Assembly: GCA_900553945.1 (NCBI GenBank)
Contig: USFR01000009.1
Location: 3,070 to 67,069, forward strand
Direction of reading: 5' to 3'
DNA length: 64,000 nucleotides
DNA from: an uncultured Clostridium sp.
GTDB taxonomy: Bacteria; Bacillota; Clostridia; TANB77; CAG-508
In this document: positions 9,151 through 18,669 of the stretch, piece after piece
Layout of the letters: each line of letters begins with the position of its first letter
How positions within the stretch are numbered: position 1 is the first letter of the stretch
Notes under the pieces: generated by a model
Seen by the model: only the letters and a program-made list of their open reading frames with translations
Database searches by the model: none
Told to the model about the DNA's origin: nothing
Position numbers and translations under genes: made by a program

Positions 9151-10851
9151 CTATTGATTTTCTGATGTCGTTTCTGTTATTGTTTTTACTCCTTCAGTTC
9201 TTTCGTATATTACAAATTTTGCATCTTGTGTTTCTTCTTCGGCTGTTGTTGGATATATTTTTTTATAGTCTAAATCTTTTTTCAATTTCTTATTTAAATT
9301 TGAATCTGAATATGTGATTACATGTGTTATTCCATATTTATCGAAGATTTCATCATATTTTGCTGCTCCTGTTGCTACATTTTGTACATCCATAAATATA
9401 TCTTCGCCATCATCTGGGTTTCCTGTTTTTGTGTTATATTGCGGTGTATATAAATCGCATCTAGAATCTATCATTACAGGTATTCCTTCATATATTAAAT
9501 AACTTCCATAATTATATTCATTAAATAATTTAATATTTTTATAATCTAAATTTTCTTTTATCCATTCAGCTGCATATATTGGGTAATTGGCATTTGTGTA
9601 ATATTGAGCTTTTAATTTTGGTTTGAAATTTTGTATTGCAATTATTATAACAGCTGTTGATAAAATAACTTTTGCATAAAAATTCGTGACTACTGTAATT
9701 ATTTTCTCTTGTAGCTTTGGTGAATATTTTTCAAATATTTCTCCTAATAAATCAGCTAATATTGGAGTACAAATTATTAAGAACATTGATACCTGTCTTC
9801 TTGAATTAAGTGCTAAATATAAAATTCCTAAATAGTAACATAAGTGTTTTAAATCTATTTTTATATCAATGAATGTTAATACTACAACAAACATCAAGAA
9901 AAATGCTACAAAATCTTTATTACTTCTAAGATCTAATGGCATATGTTCATTAATTACTTCCATTGTATTTCCTGACATTGTTTTGTAAAGATATGTGTAT
10001 GGAGTTGTAAGTCCTGTTGGTGTAAATATTCCCATAAATGCACATATAATCATTACTAAAATTAATTTTTTAACATTATCATTTCTTGTTACTCTAATCT
10101 TATATGGATTTTTTTGAGCTTCTGCTCTCTTAATTTTATTATCTTCTATTTTTTCTTTAAGTTCTGCTATTCTTTGTTCATAACCAGCTTTGGCTCTATA
10201 TTTTTCATAGAATATTTTTAATCTAACTAATAAGTCAACTGTAAAAATATTAAGTGATATGATGTATTCAAAGATATATGGTATAAATAAAACAAAGAAG
10301 AATGGCCATACTGCCATATGTAAGTTAACAATCAATAATGAAAATCCTATTAAGCCAAATGCATAGCGCTTTTTTCCGCTCTCTAAAAATTTTTCAATTA
10401 AATATATTGTTAATACCATTAATGAAAATGATACAAGTTGTGCTCTCGCCGCTAAGTATGGTTGCATTAAATACATCGCAATAAATGTTACAATTGCTGA
10501 TAGAGGTGCATTTTTGGATATCTTATTTGAGGTAAAATATATCGAAAGTGCTAAGATACATGTAAGTACTATTGTTGATCCATATATGCCGTCCATTCCG
10601 CCTAAACTATAAATTCCATATATTGATAAGTCGTATAACCAATGTGGAAATGTATATGGAAGTTCATGCCATGAAAAAGGATCTTCTTTTAAATTTTCTA
10701 TTCCATTTTGAGCAATATACTCTCCTACTTTTATTGTATAAAAAGTATCATTTTGCAACCCTTTAGGTGCAATAGATGCACAGTATATTATTAATAATAC
10801 TGCTATAATTACATGAAATTTATATCTTTTTATTTTGCTTGTGTTTTCCAT
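9151..10851 (-). CDS. Polytopic membrane protein with C-terminal soluble domain (possibly a GT-C-fold glycosyltransferase-like protein)
   Basis: 566 aa with roughly 12 hydrophobic helices followed by about 150 hydrophilic residues. No diagnostic motif recognised, so the product is a guess from architecture. Confidence 0.35.
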   Translation of the reverse strand: MENTSKIKRYKFHVIIAVLLIIYCASIAPKGLQNDTFYTIKVGEYIAQNGIENLKEDPFSWHELPYTFPHWLYDLSIYGIYSLGGMDGIYGSTIVLTCILALSIYFTSNKISKNAPLSAIVTFIAMYLMQPYLAARAQLVSFSLMVLTIYLIEKFLESGKKRYAFGLIGFSLLIVNLHMAVWPFFFVLFIPYIFEYIISLNIFTVDLLVRLKIFYEKYRAKAGYEQRIAELKEKIEDNKIKRAEAQKNPYKIRVTRNDNVKKLILVMIICAFMGIFTPTGLTTPYTYLYKTMSGNTMEVINEHMPLDLRSNKDFVAFFLMFVVVLTFIDIKIDLKHLCYYLGILYLALNSRRQVSMFLIICTPILADLLGEIFEKYSPKLQEKIITVVTNFYAKVILSTAVIIIAIQNFKPKLKAQYYTNANYPIYAAEWIKENLDYKNIKLFNEYNYGSYLIYEGIPVMIDSRCDLYTPQYNTKTGNPDDGEDIFMDVQNVATGAAKYDEIFDKYGITHVITYSDSNLNKKLKKDLDYKKIYPTTAEEETQDAKFVIYERTEGVKTITETTSENQ

Positions 10852-10868
10852 TGTCTTTAACCTTTCTC

Positions 10869-11603
10869 TTATACTTCAAATTCTGCATAAACAGCTGAAT
10901 GATCTGAATATTTAGTTTTAATTGTTTCCATTTTTAATAGTTTTATATTTTTTGAATAAAACATTGTATCTATACATCCATTTCCATTTGCTGAAAACCA
11001 TGTATCTTCATTATTTTCTAACTTATCTAGATAGTCTTTTAACATTTCGTATTCAGGATATTTATCACTTTTTGTGAACTCATATTTGTGTTTTCCAACT
11101 TTTTCAACACCTATGTTAAAATCTCCACCAAGTATAATTATTTCATTATCATCTATTTTTTCTATAATGTTTATCAATTCTTCTGTTGCTAGTTTTCTCT
11201 CTTCAAAATTTGTTGGATAATGTATAGAAAATAAATTTAGTTTAGTGGTTCCAAATGATATTTTATTACATAGTAATCCTCTTTGCTCATTTGCAGGATT
11301 TACTAATGGCATTAAATAATTTGTTGAATATTCTATTGGAAATCTTGATAAAATTCCATCTCCGTAATATCCATTCTTATATTTAATATTTATTCCCATA
11401 GTTCTATATGGCAATTCAATGTATTTTGAAAAAGTATATATCTGATTTTCGCTATATACTCTTTGTGTGTACATATCTATTTCTTGAAGAAATAATATAT
11501 CTGGTTTATATTTTTTCAAAAATTTTGCTTGTCTTTCAACATCAATAATTCCGTCTAAACCTTCGCCATGACACATATTAAATGTTATAGTTTTTAATAT
11601 CAT
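10869..11603 (-). CDS. Endonuclease/exonuclease/phosphatase (EEP) family protein
   Basis: 244 aa. ITFNMCHG, DILFLQEID, GGDFN and a C-terminal SDHSAVYAEF are EEP catalytic motifs. Confidence 0.75.
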   Translation of the reverse strand: MILKTITFNMCHGEGLDGIIDVERQAKFLKKYKPDILFLQEIDMYTQRVYSENQIYTFSKYIELPYRTMGINIKYKNGYYGDGILSRFPIEYSTNYLMPLVNPANEQRGLLCNKISFGTTKLNLFSIHYPTNFEERKLATEELINIIEKIDDNEIIILGGDFNIGVEKVGKHKYEFTKSDKYPEYEMLKDYLDKLENNEDTWFSANGNGCIDTMFYSKNIKLLKMETIKTKYSDHSAVYAEFEV

Positions 11604-11734
11604 TTTACCACCCTCTTTTTCGTGTAAAATTATATCAAACTGTTATATATTATTCAAGAATTTGATTTTAAAAAAAGAAAAAAACGACCAATGCTTTCAT
11701 TAGCCGTCCTTTCCTTTATTATATTTATATTAGA

Positions 11735-12406
11735 TTATCCAACTTCTTCAGCTTTTTCATCTTTTTTGTCTATAATTTCCATGCTTGATATTGAAACTTC
11801 ATATGCAACTCTTGTTTCAGATGTTCCATCTTCAAATTTCTTTTCATATTTTCTGCTTTGAACTCTACCAATAATTTTTACTTCTGTTCCTACTTCCATG
11901 TTTTGGCAGAATCTTGCATTTCTTCCCCAAGCTATACAAGGAATGTAATCTGATTTATTATATGCTCTGTTTACTGCTAATAATAAATCTGAAATTTCTC
12001 TATCAAAAGGTGTTTGTCTGTATATAGGTTTCTTACAAACATATCCTGATAGTGTAACTTCATTTGTTACTACGTCTTTCTTTTCTTCATTTTCTTCTTG
12101 CTCTTCTACTTCTACAATATCTTTTGCAAATACTGTTAGTATTAGCTTATTTCTTTCATTTTGATAACTGTTATATGATCTAAATTGACCATGAATGCAA
12201 AGTTTTTTACCTATTTCTAAATCTAGATTTGTTAATAATCTTTCAGATACTGTTATAGGTATAATATCAACTGCTGAACTTAATCTTGGTACCTCTAAAT
12301 CAAATATGTAAAATTTCTCACCATATATCTCATGACTATATGTTTTTTCACTTGTAACTTTTCCAACTAATACTAGATGGTTATTTTCTAATAAATTTGT
12401 AACCAC
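11735..12406 (-). CDS. SSB-like protein with two tandem OB folds
   Basis: 223 aa. Two repeats with SSB-like strands (LVLVGKVTSE...IHGQFRS and VTLSGYVCKK...IPCIAWGRNARF...IIGRVQSRKY) are joined by an acidic linker. Confidence 0.5.
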   Translation of the reverse strand: MVTNLLENNHLVLVGKVTSEKTYSHEIYGEKFYIFDLEVPRLSSAVDIIPITVSERLLTNLDLEIGKKLCIHGQFRSYNSYQNERNKLILTVFAKDIVEVEEQEENEEKKDVVTNEVTLSGYVCKKPIYRQTPFDREISDLLLAVNRAYNKSDYIPCIAWGRNARFCQNMEVGTEVKIIGRVQSRKYEKKFEDGTSETRVAYEVSISSMEIIDKKDEKAEEVG

Positions 12407-12527
12407 TCTTTTTTCCTCCTTATTTTATCTATTGTGTTTTTCACATATATGCCTGTTTTTATTTTAAAATTTCTTTAGAAACATCTACATTATAGCACAA
12501 TTTTTTCATCTTGTCTACATAAAAAGT

Positions 12528-13010
12528 TTATGTTTTTACCAAAAAAGTTAAAATTTTCATAGAAATTTCCTCATAAATGCGGTTTTTGTTAAAATTTTTT
12601 TCTAATTTTATCTCTTGACTCTCTATTTTTTTCTTTTCCAAATTTTCTATTTCTCTTTGTAAATCTAATATAATTTCATCATTTTCATTACTGATAATAG
12701 TTATTGTTGCTCTTGAATTAAATCCAAAAGTTATTACATATTGGTCTTCTGCCATGTCTAGTAATTTCATATTTTCTTTAAAATCTGTATTTATTATTAA
12801 ATATTTACTTGAATCAAGAACCTTTTTTAGTATGTCGTCATCTTCAATTTGATCAAATATTATAATAATATCGAATTTTACGTTTTTAATATTTTCAATT
12901 GTATGTTTGCTTATAATTACAATATTTTTTTCGTGGATGCCATATTTCTCTAAAGTCTTTTCAATTTCAATTATATTATTACTTTTAGTAATTATTCCTA
13001 TAACGGCCAT
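12528..13010 (-). CDS. Hypothetical protein
   Basis: 160-aa ORF with host-like composition and no recognisable motif. Confidence 0.45.
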   Translation of the reverse strand: MAVIGIITKSNNIIEIEKTLEKYGIHEKNIVIISKHTIENIKNVKFDIIIIFDQIEDDDILKKVLDSSKYLIINTDFKENMKLLDMAEDQYVITFGFNSRATITIISNENDEIILDLQREIENLEKKKIESQEIKLEKNFNKNRIYEEISMKILTFLVKT

Positions 13011-13117
13011 ACTTTTACCTCTCTTTTTTAATTATATGCTCTCTTCTCACATTTTTTCCTTTTTTTCATAATATATACTAAGCGAAAGCTAATTTATATA
13101 AAGGAATGATAGAAATA

Positions 13118-13552
13118 ATGGAAATAGAAAAAGATGTATGTCCAGTTGTTAAAGTAGATGGATTTATTGAAAAAGGCAAACAATTCGATATGGAAATAAT
13201 TGTTCCAGAAGACGATAGAAATGTTATCTACGGTATTTTAAAAGACAGACATGGCGAGCCTATATGTGATGCTGTTGTTAAACTAATTGAAGTTGTTATG
13301 GAATGTGGCGAAAAAGAAAGACGTCCAGTATCACACACATTTTCTGACAAACATGGTGAGTTTGTTTTTGGACCTCTTTGCCCAGATAGATCTTATGAAA
13401 TTCAAATATGGGTTGATAGAGTAAAACACATTAAAGTTTGCGACGAATGTCCTTTTGATAAAAAAAGATGTTTAAAAGGTGTTAAACTTGATCCTTGCCA
13501 TCACAAAGAAAAACCATGTGAACCAGAATTTCCTTGTCCATGCAAAAGATAG
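13118..13552 (+). CDS. Hypothetical Cys-rich protein with a prealbumin/carboxypeptidase-regulatory-like core
   Basis: I prefer the ATG at 13118 over the track start at 13106 because of RBS spacing. GILKDRHGEPICDAVVKLI...SDKHGEFVFGPL..SYEIQIW resembles CarboxypepD_reg-type beta-sandwiches. The tail is Cys/Pro-rich. Confidence 0.45.
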   Translation: MEIEKDVCPVVKVDGFIEKGKQFDMEIIVPEDDRNVIYGILKDRHGEPICDAVVKLIEVVMECGEKERRPVSHTFSDKHGEFVFGPLCPDRSYEIQIWVDRVKHIKVCDECPFDKKRCLKGVKLDPCHHKEKPCEPEFPCPCKR

Positions 13553-13802
13553 TTTTTTAATTTAAGTCTTTTCAAATGAGTGCAATTTATTTATATTTAT
13601 AAAGTATAAAAATTCCCCAAGCATTGAAGTTAACCAAACTAGTCTTGCTTCACTACTTGGGGATTTTTTCTATACTAGAAAAGTTCTCTGAACTTCCTAT
13701 TATAGAAAAATGATAATGCATAGGAATTTGCAAACCAAATTTCGCGCACGAACAAAAACACGTACTAAAAAAATGCAAATATTATAAATGTCCGCTTTTG
13801 TT

Positions 13803-13943
13803 CTAAATAACTCCTACTTTTCTTGCAAATTGTTTGCCCTTTTTTATCATTTTATTTTTTGTTGTTCTGTTCATATCTTGATATAACATCATTGCAGCTA
13901 CAGTTGCTACTGAGCCTATTACAGCACCTTTTACAAATTTCAT
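13803..13943 (-). CDS. Small hypothetical protein (46 aa), translationally coupled to the TSUP gene
   Basis: Not in the track (under 60 aa). MKFVKGAVIGSVATVAAMMLYQDMNRTTKNKMIKKGKQFARKVGVI. RBS aggaggg lies 7 nt upstream, and its ATG overlaps the TGA of the upstream ORF (ATGA). Confidence 0.45.
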   Translation of the reverse strand: MKFVKGAVIGSVATVAAMMLYQDMNRTTKNKMIKKGKQFARKVGVI

Positions 13944-14362
13944 TTTTTTGCCCTCCTATTTTTTATTTTGTTTTCTTCACTATTTTTATTATCTGTTTTT
14001 TTCGTTTTTATATACGATGTATAAATTTCATATATTTGAAAAATTGCGATTATGAGCAAAAAAATTCCAAAAATTTTTCTCAACTTTTGGTTTGGCAAAT
14101 CGACTGCTATAAAACTTCCTATAATTGCTCCTATTACTCCATAAATTATTATGTCTTTTCCAGCTTTAAAATCAATTTGTTTATTTTTTATATTTATTAT
14201 TATCGATGTAATTGCTGTTGGAATAAAAAATATTAAATTTGTTGCCTGAGAAATGTGTTGATCAATATTCATAAATAGAGTTAGCAATAATATTAATATT
14301 GCTCCACCGCCCATTCCTAAGCTAGTAATTATTCCCGCAATTATGCCAAATACTACTTCCAT
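13940..14362 (-). CDS. TSUP (TauE/SafE) transporter, C-terminal half
   Basis: 140 aa with four TM helices and a GMGGG-type motif. It starts on the codon immediately after the stop of the upstream half, in the same frame. Confidence 0.7.
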   Translation of the reverse strand: MEVVFGIIAGIITSLGMGGGAILILLLTLFMNIDQHISQATNLIFFIPTAITSIIINIKNKQIDFKAGKDIIIYGVIGAIIGSFIAVDLPNQKLRKIFGIFLLIIAIFQIYEIYTSYIKTKKTDNKNSEENKIKNRRAKK

Positions 14363-14704
14363 TTAAATCACCATTCTTATAGATGTATATAAAAGAAATG
14401 CTGTAAACAATATTTTAAGTATCTTGTCATCCATTTTCTTTAATAAAACAGATCCTAATATTCCTCCTATAACTCCTCCAATTGCACATTTTATGCCTAT
14501 TCCCCAGTCTATATATTTGTGTTTAAAGTATAAAATGCAACTTGTTATAACTAATGGTAATATACAAAATATTGATGTTGCCCTTGCCTTTTTTTCATCC
14601 ATCTTATTTATAATTGAAAAAGCTGGCACTAATATCATTCCTCCACCTGCTCCAAATAATCCGCTTATTAGTCCAGCTACAATTCCTATTATTTTATTCT
14701 TCAT
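14363..14704 (-). CDS. TSUP (TauE/SafE) transporter, N-terminal half
   Basis: 113 aa with four TM helices and GLFGAGGGMILVP, typical of TSUP family repeats. Confidence 0.7.
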   Translation of the reverse strand: MKNKIIGIVAGLISGLFGAGGGMILVPAFSIINKMDEKKARATSIFCILPLVITSCILYFKHKYIDWGIGIKCAIGGVIGGILGSVLLKKMDDKILKILFTAFLLYTSIRMVI

Positions 14705-14742
14705 ATTAATATTTTGTCTTTATTCTTTTTTTATATTCAATT

Positions 14743-16002
14743 TTATTTAATTTTTTCATCTGTTATTGTTTCATCTGGAATATAATATTTTGTTCCTAGT
14801 ATCTTATCAGGTAAATATTGTTGTTCAACATAATGACCTGGATAATCATGAGGATATTTATAACCTTCTCCATATCCGAAATCAGACATACCTTCTGCAG
14901 GTGCATTTCTAATATGCATTGGTATTGTTCCTGTATCTTTGTTTTCAACATCAGCTATTGCTTTATTTATAGCATTATATGTTGCATTTGATTTTTTAGA
15001 TTTTGCTATATATACAGCTGCTTCTGATAAAATAATTCTTCCTTCTGGCATTCCAACCATTGATACAGCTTGCATTGCTGATGTTGCAATAACTAAAGCT
15101 TCAGGATTTGCTAATCCTACATCTTCTGCTGCAGATATTACTAATCTTCTAGCTAAAAATATTGGATCTTCTCCCGCTTCTATTGCTCTTGCCAGATAAA
15201 ATACAGCTGCATCTGCATCACTACCTCTAAGAGATTTTATCATTGCACTAATGTTATCATAATGGCTATCTCCATTTTTATCAAACATTGATTTCTTCTT
15301 ATTAAATGATTGAGCTGCTATCTCGTCTGTTATTTCTATCTGACCTTCTTTATTCATCTTTGTTGTAAGTACAGCAATTTCTAGGCCATTTAATGCAGTA
15401 CGCACATCTCCTCCAGAAATTTCTGCGATTCTATCTATTGTATCTTCAGAAATTTTTACATTATAATCTCCTAAACCTTCTTTAGACGTTAACGCATTTT
15501 TTATTACCTTTATAATATCTTCTTTTCTTAGTGGCTCTAGTTTTATTACCATTGATCTAGATATAAGAGCTTTATTAACTTCAAAATATGGATTCTCAGT
15601 TGTTGCACCAATTAGTATTACAGTTCCGTCTTCTACATATGGTAACAATGCATCTTGTTGTAATTTGTTGAATCTATGTATCTCATCTATGAATAGTATA
15701 CATTTTCCTGATGGGTTCATAAATGGGTTGCTTGCTTCTGTTACTGCATTTTTTATTTCTGCTACTCCTGATGTTACTGCGTTTAGTTTTTTAAATTGGT
15801 ATTTTGTTGTTTCACTTATTACTTTTGCTAGTGATGTTTTTCCGCATCCTGGTGGACCCCATAGTATTATGCTTGATAGTCTGTCTGCTTTTATTGTTCT
15901 GTATAGTAGTTTGTCTTTTCCTACTATGTGTTCTTGGCCAACGAATTGGTCGAGGGTTTTGGGGCGCATTCGGTAGGCTAGGGGTTGGTTTTCGTTATTC
16001 AT
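14743..16002 (-). CDS. rarA: Replication-associated recombination protein A (AAA+ ATPase)
   Basis: 419 aa. LAYRMRPKTLDQFVGQEHIVG, GPPGCGKTSLA, LFIDEIHRFNK and the C-terminal MgsA domain. Confidence 0.92.
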   Translation of the reverse strand: MNNENQPLAYRMRPKTLDQFVGQEHIVGKDKLLYRTIKADRLSSIILWGPPGCGKTSLAKVISETTKYQFKKLNAVTSGVAEIKNAVTEASNPFMNPSGKCILFIDEIHRFNKLQQDALLPYVEDGTVILIGATTENPYFEVNKALISRSMVIKLEPLRKEDIIKVIKNALTSKEGLGDYNVKISEDTIDRIAEISGGDVRTALNGLEIAVLTTKMNKEGQIEITDEIAAQSFNKKKSMFDKNGDSHYDNISAMIKSLRGSDADAAVFYLARAIEAGEDPIFLARRLVISAAEDVGLANPEALVIATSAMQAVSMVGMPEGRIILSEAAVYIAKSKKSNATYNAINKAIADVENKDTGTIPMHIRNAPAEGMSDFGYGEGYKYPHDYPGHYVEQQYLPDKILGTKYYIPDETITDEKIK

Positions 16003-16025
16003 ATTTTACCTCCTAATTCAAAAAA

Positions 16026-16143
16026 TAAACTTCGTCTTACTTCGTTAAACTTCGCATCAAAAATCCTCAACGTACCTTTGTACGCTTCCGGTTTTTTCGC
16101 TTGTTTGCCTTGTAATACTCGTTTTTTTTCTGAATTTCTATCA
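16026..16143. repeat. Intergenic element B carrying the conserved 39-nt core (16068-16106)
   Basis: The core AAAAATCCTCAACGTACCTTTGTACGCTTCCGGTTTTTT recurs at 18385-18425 and 18530-18569. The outer arms ttcaaaaaataaa and ttttttttctgaa pair imperfectly. Confidence 0.6.
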
Positions 16144-16192
16144 TATCTCCTTTTAATTTTCTTTTTATTTGAAACAATCTTTTATTCTTTTT

Positions 16193-16789
16193 TTATCGTG
16201 CTAGGCGCTTAAGTGCTTCCTTTATTAACTCTTCTGTAGATAAATTGTGTGTGTCAAATTTATCAAATACTTTTGAAATTTCGCTTTTGTTGTATCCTAA
16301 AATTTGAAGGGCTTGTCCTGCTTCATTTATTGATTCGCTGTTGTCATTTGGTGTTGTTTCTTCTTCGTCATCTTCAATTGCTGTTTGCGTTTTTAATTTA
16401 TCTTTTAATTCTAATACCATTCTTTGTGCTGATTTGTTTCCTATGCCAGGTATTTTTGTTAATGTTTTTAAGTCATTTGAGATTATTGCTAAAGCGAATT
16501 TTGATGGTGTTATATTCGAAAGCATTGCAATTGCTGTTTTTGCTCCTATTCCGCTTACTTGTAATAATAATTCAAACATTTTTAATTCTTCATTACTCAT
16601 AAATCCATATAAACTTATGTTATCTTCTCTTACATGGTAATGTGTATATATTTTTACCTTTTCTCCTATTTCTCCAAGCTTTGCCATTGTATGTTCTGAA
16701 ACATAAATTTTGTATCCTATTCCAGCTGTTTCAACTACTATTGAATCAGTTGATTTTTCTTCTAAAGTTCCTTTTATATATGCGTACAT
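16193..16789 (-). CDS. ruvA: Holliday junction DNA helicase subunit RuvA
   Basis: I use the ATG at 16789 behind the RBS ggagga. MYAYIKGTL...VETAGIGYKI, then HhH motifs (VSGIGAKTA, IPGIGNKSAQR). No ruvB is adjacent. Confidence 0.9.
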   Translation of the reverse strand: MYAYIKGTLEEKSTDSIVVETAGIGYKIYVSEHTMAKLGEIGEKVKIYTHYHVREDNISLYGFMSNEELKMFELLLQVSGIGAKTAIAMLSNITPSKFALAIISNDLKTLTKIPGIGNKSAQRMVLELKDKLKTQTAIEDDEEETTPNDNSESINEAGQALQILGYNKSEISKVFDKFDTHNLSTEELIKEALKRLAR

Positions 16790-16943
16790 ATCTTCCTCCG
16801 TACCAAACAAATTTTCTTTATTCTATCATATTATTTTTTTTTTTCAAGCCCCAATTTAACAAAATAAATAAAAAGTATATCTTGTTTTTCTATCAAAATG
16901 TTATATAATGGTTACAATATTTATTTTAGGAAGGATTTTGATT

Positions 16944-18341
16944 ATGAACAAAGATTTTATTTTAATTAAAGACTTATACAGAAATACAGAAAACTATATC
17001 GAAAAATCCGTTAAAATTTCTGGCTGGGTTAAAACAGTTAGAGATTCTAAAACTTTTGGTTTTATTGAAATTAATGATGGATCTTTCTTTAAAAATGTAC
17101 AAGTTGTTTTTACTGATAAGTTAAGCAATTTTGAAGATGTAAAAAAATTATCTATTTCTTCTTCAATTATTGTTTCTGGAACACTTGTAAAAACAGAAAA
17201 TGCTAAACAACCTTTTGAAATTCAAGCAGATACTGTTGAGATTTTTAATCAAGCTGATAGTGATTATCCGCTTCAAAAGAAAAGACATACATTTGAGTAT
17301 TTAAGAACTATTGCTCATTTACGTCCAAGAACAAATACTTTTAATGCTACATTTAGAGTTCGTTCAGCTGTTTCTTTTGCTATTCATAAATTTTTCCAAG
17401 AACGTGGATTTGTTTATGTTCATTCACCTATAATTACTTCTAGTGATTGTGAGGGTGCTGGTGAAATGTTTACAGTTACTTCTGCTGATTTAAATGATTT
17501 ACCTAAAGATGATAAAGGTAATATGGATTATTCACAAGACTTTTTTGCTCGTCCTGCTCATTTAACTGTAAGTGGACAATTAGATGTTGAAACTTATGCT
17601 TTTGCATTCAGAAATGTTTATACATTTGGACCAACATTTAGAGCAGAAAATTCTAATACTGTAAAGCATGCTGCAGAATTTTGGATGATTGAACCAGAAA
17701 TATGTTTTGCTGATTTACAAGATGATATGGATTTAGCTGAGGATATGTTAAAATACGTTATTAAAGATGTTTTAACTTCTGTTCCAGAAGAAATGGAATT
17801 CTTTGATAAATTTATTAGTCCTGGATTAATAGAAAGACTTACTCATGTTGCTAACTCTGATTTTGGTAGAATTTCTTATACAGATGCTATTAAAGAATTA
17901 GAAAAGAATAATGATAAATTTGAATATCCTGTTACTTGGGGAACTGATATTCAAACTGAACATGAAAGATATCTTAGTGAAGTTGTTTTTGGTAAACCTG
18001 TTTTTGTTACAGATTATCCAAAAGATATTAAAGCTTTCTATATGAAGCAAAATGATGATGGTAAAACTGTTGCTGCTACTGACTTATTAGTTCCTGGTAT
18101 TGGTGAATTAATTGGTGGTAGCCAAAGAGAAGATGATTTAGCTAAGCTTGAGGCTAGAATGGACGAGCTTGGTTTAAATAAAAAAGATTATTGGTGGTAT
18201 CTAGATTTGAGAAGATATGGTAGTATCACTCACTCTGGATTTGGTTTAGGATTTGAAAGATTAATGATGTATATTACAGGTATGCAAAATATTAGAGATG
18301 TTATTCCTTTCCCAAGAACTCCAAAAAATTGTGAATTCTAA
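16944..18341 (+). CDS. asnS: Asparagine--tRNA ligase
   Basis: I use the ATG at 16944 behind the RBS aggaagga. Class IIb motifs are present: [21 protein letters not shown] and GFGLGFERL. Confidence 0.95.
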   Translation: MNKDFILIKDLYRNTENYIEKSVKISGWVKTVRDSKTFGFIEINDGSFFKNVQVVFTDKLSNFEDVKKLSISSSIIVSGTLVKTENAKQPFEIQADTVEIFNQADSDYPLQKKRHTFEYLRTIAHLRPRTNTFNATFRVRSAVSFAIHKFFQERGFVYVHSPIITSSDCEGAGEMFTVTSADLNDLPKDDKGNMDYSQDFFARPAHLTVSGQLDVETYAFAFRNVYTFGPTFRAENSNTVKHAAEFWMIEPEICFADLQDDMDLAEDMLKYVIKDVLTSVPEEMEFFDKFISPGLIERLTHVANSDFGRISYTDAIKELEKNNDKFEYPVTWGTDIQTEHERYLSEVVFGKPVFVTDYPKDIKAFYMKQNDDGKTVAATDLLVPGIGELIGGSQREDDLAKLEARMDELGLNKKDYWWYLDLRRYGSITHSGFGLGFERLMMYITGMQNIRDVIPFPRTPKNCEF

Positions 18342-18466
18342 GAAAATGAATGAGAATGGCGGATTGCTGTGTTAAAAGCCCTATAAAAAATCCTCAACGT
18401 ACTTATGTACGCTTCCGGTTTTTTTAGGGCTTTTGCCTTGCTCTCCATCCATTCTCATTCATTTTC
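18342..18466. repeat. Element C1: nested triple hairpin around the conserved core
   Basis: The outer 18-bp stem gaaaatgaatgagaatgg/ccattctcattcattttc encloses aaaagccctataaaaaa/tttttttagggctttt. That stem encloses the core tcctcaacgtacttatgtacgcttccgg. The element starts right after the asnS stop. Confidence 0.7.
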
Positions 18467-18523
18467 CAGTGCCTTCTTGGATTTTCGCGCTCTTTTTGCT
18501 TTCATTTGATTCTGGTTTTATTA

Positions 18524-18603
18524 CCCTATAAAAAGTTCTCAACGTGCTTATGTACGTTTCTGGTTTTTTAGGGCTTGCCTTGCTCTCCATCCATTCTCAT
18601 TTC
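18524..18603. repeat. Element C2: partial tandem copy of C1
   Basis: ccctataaaaagttctcaacgtgcttatgtacgtttctggttttttagggcttgccttgctctccatccattctcatttc repeats the core and right half of C1, with about 4 mismatches in the 28-nt centre. Confidence 0.7.
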
Positions 18604-18669
18604 TTTTTCAGTGCCTTTTTTATTCCTCGTCATTATTATTTTATGGAGATTATATTTTTCTTGTGAATT

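Noticed and set aside
13823-14236. 137-aa plus-strand ORF overlapping the TSUP genes
   Set aside because: It is antisense to membrane-protein ORFs that carry clear family motifs. Its translation is low-complexity F/L/Y/C-rich and it has no RBS.
18342-18620. Possible CRISPR array or other spaced repeats
   Set aside because: There are only two repeat units, and they are palindromic and nested. There is no regular repeat-spacer periodicity and no cas genes in the window. I saw no CRISPR-like array elsewhere either.
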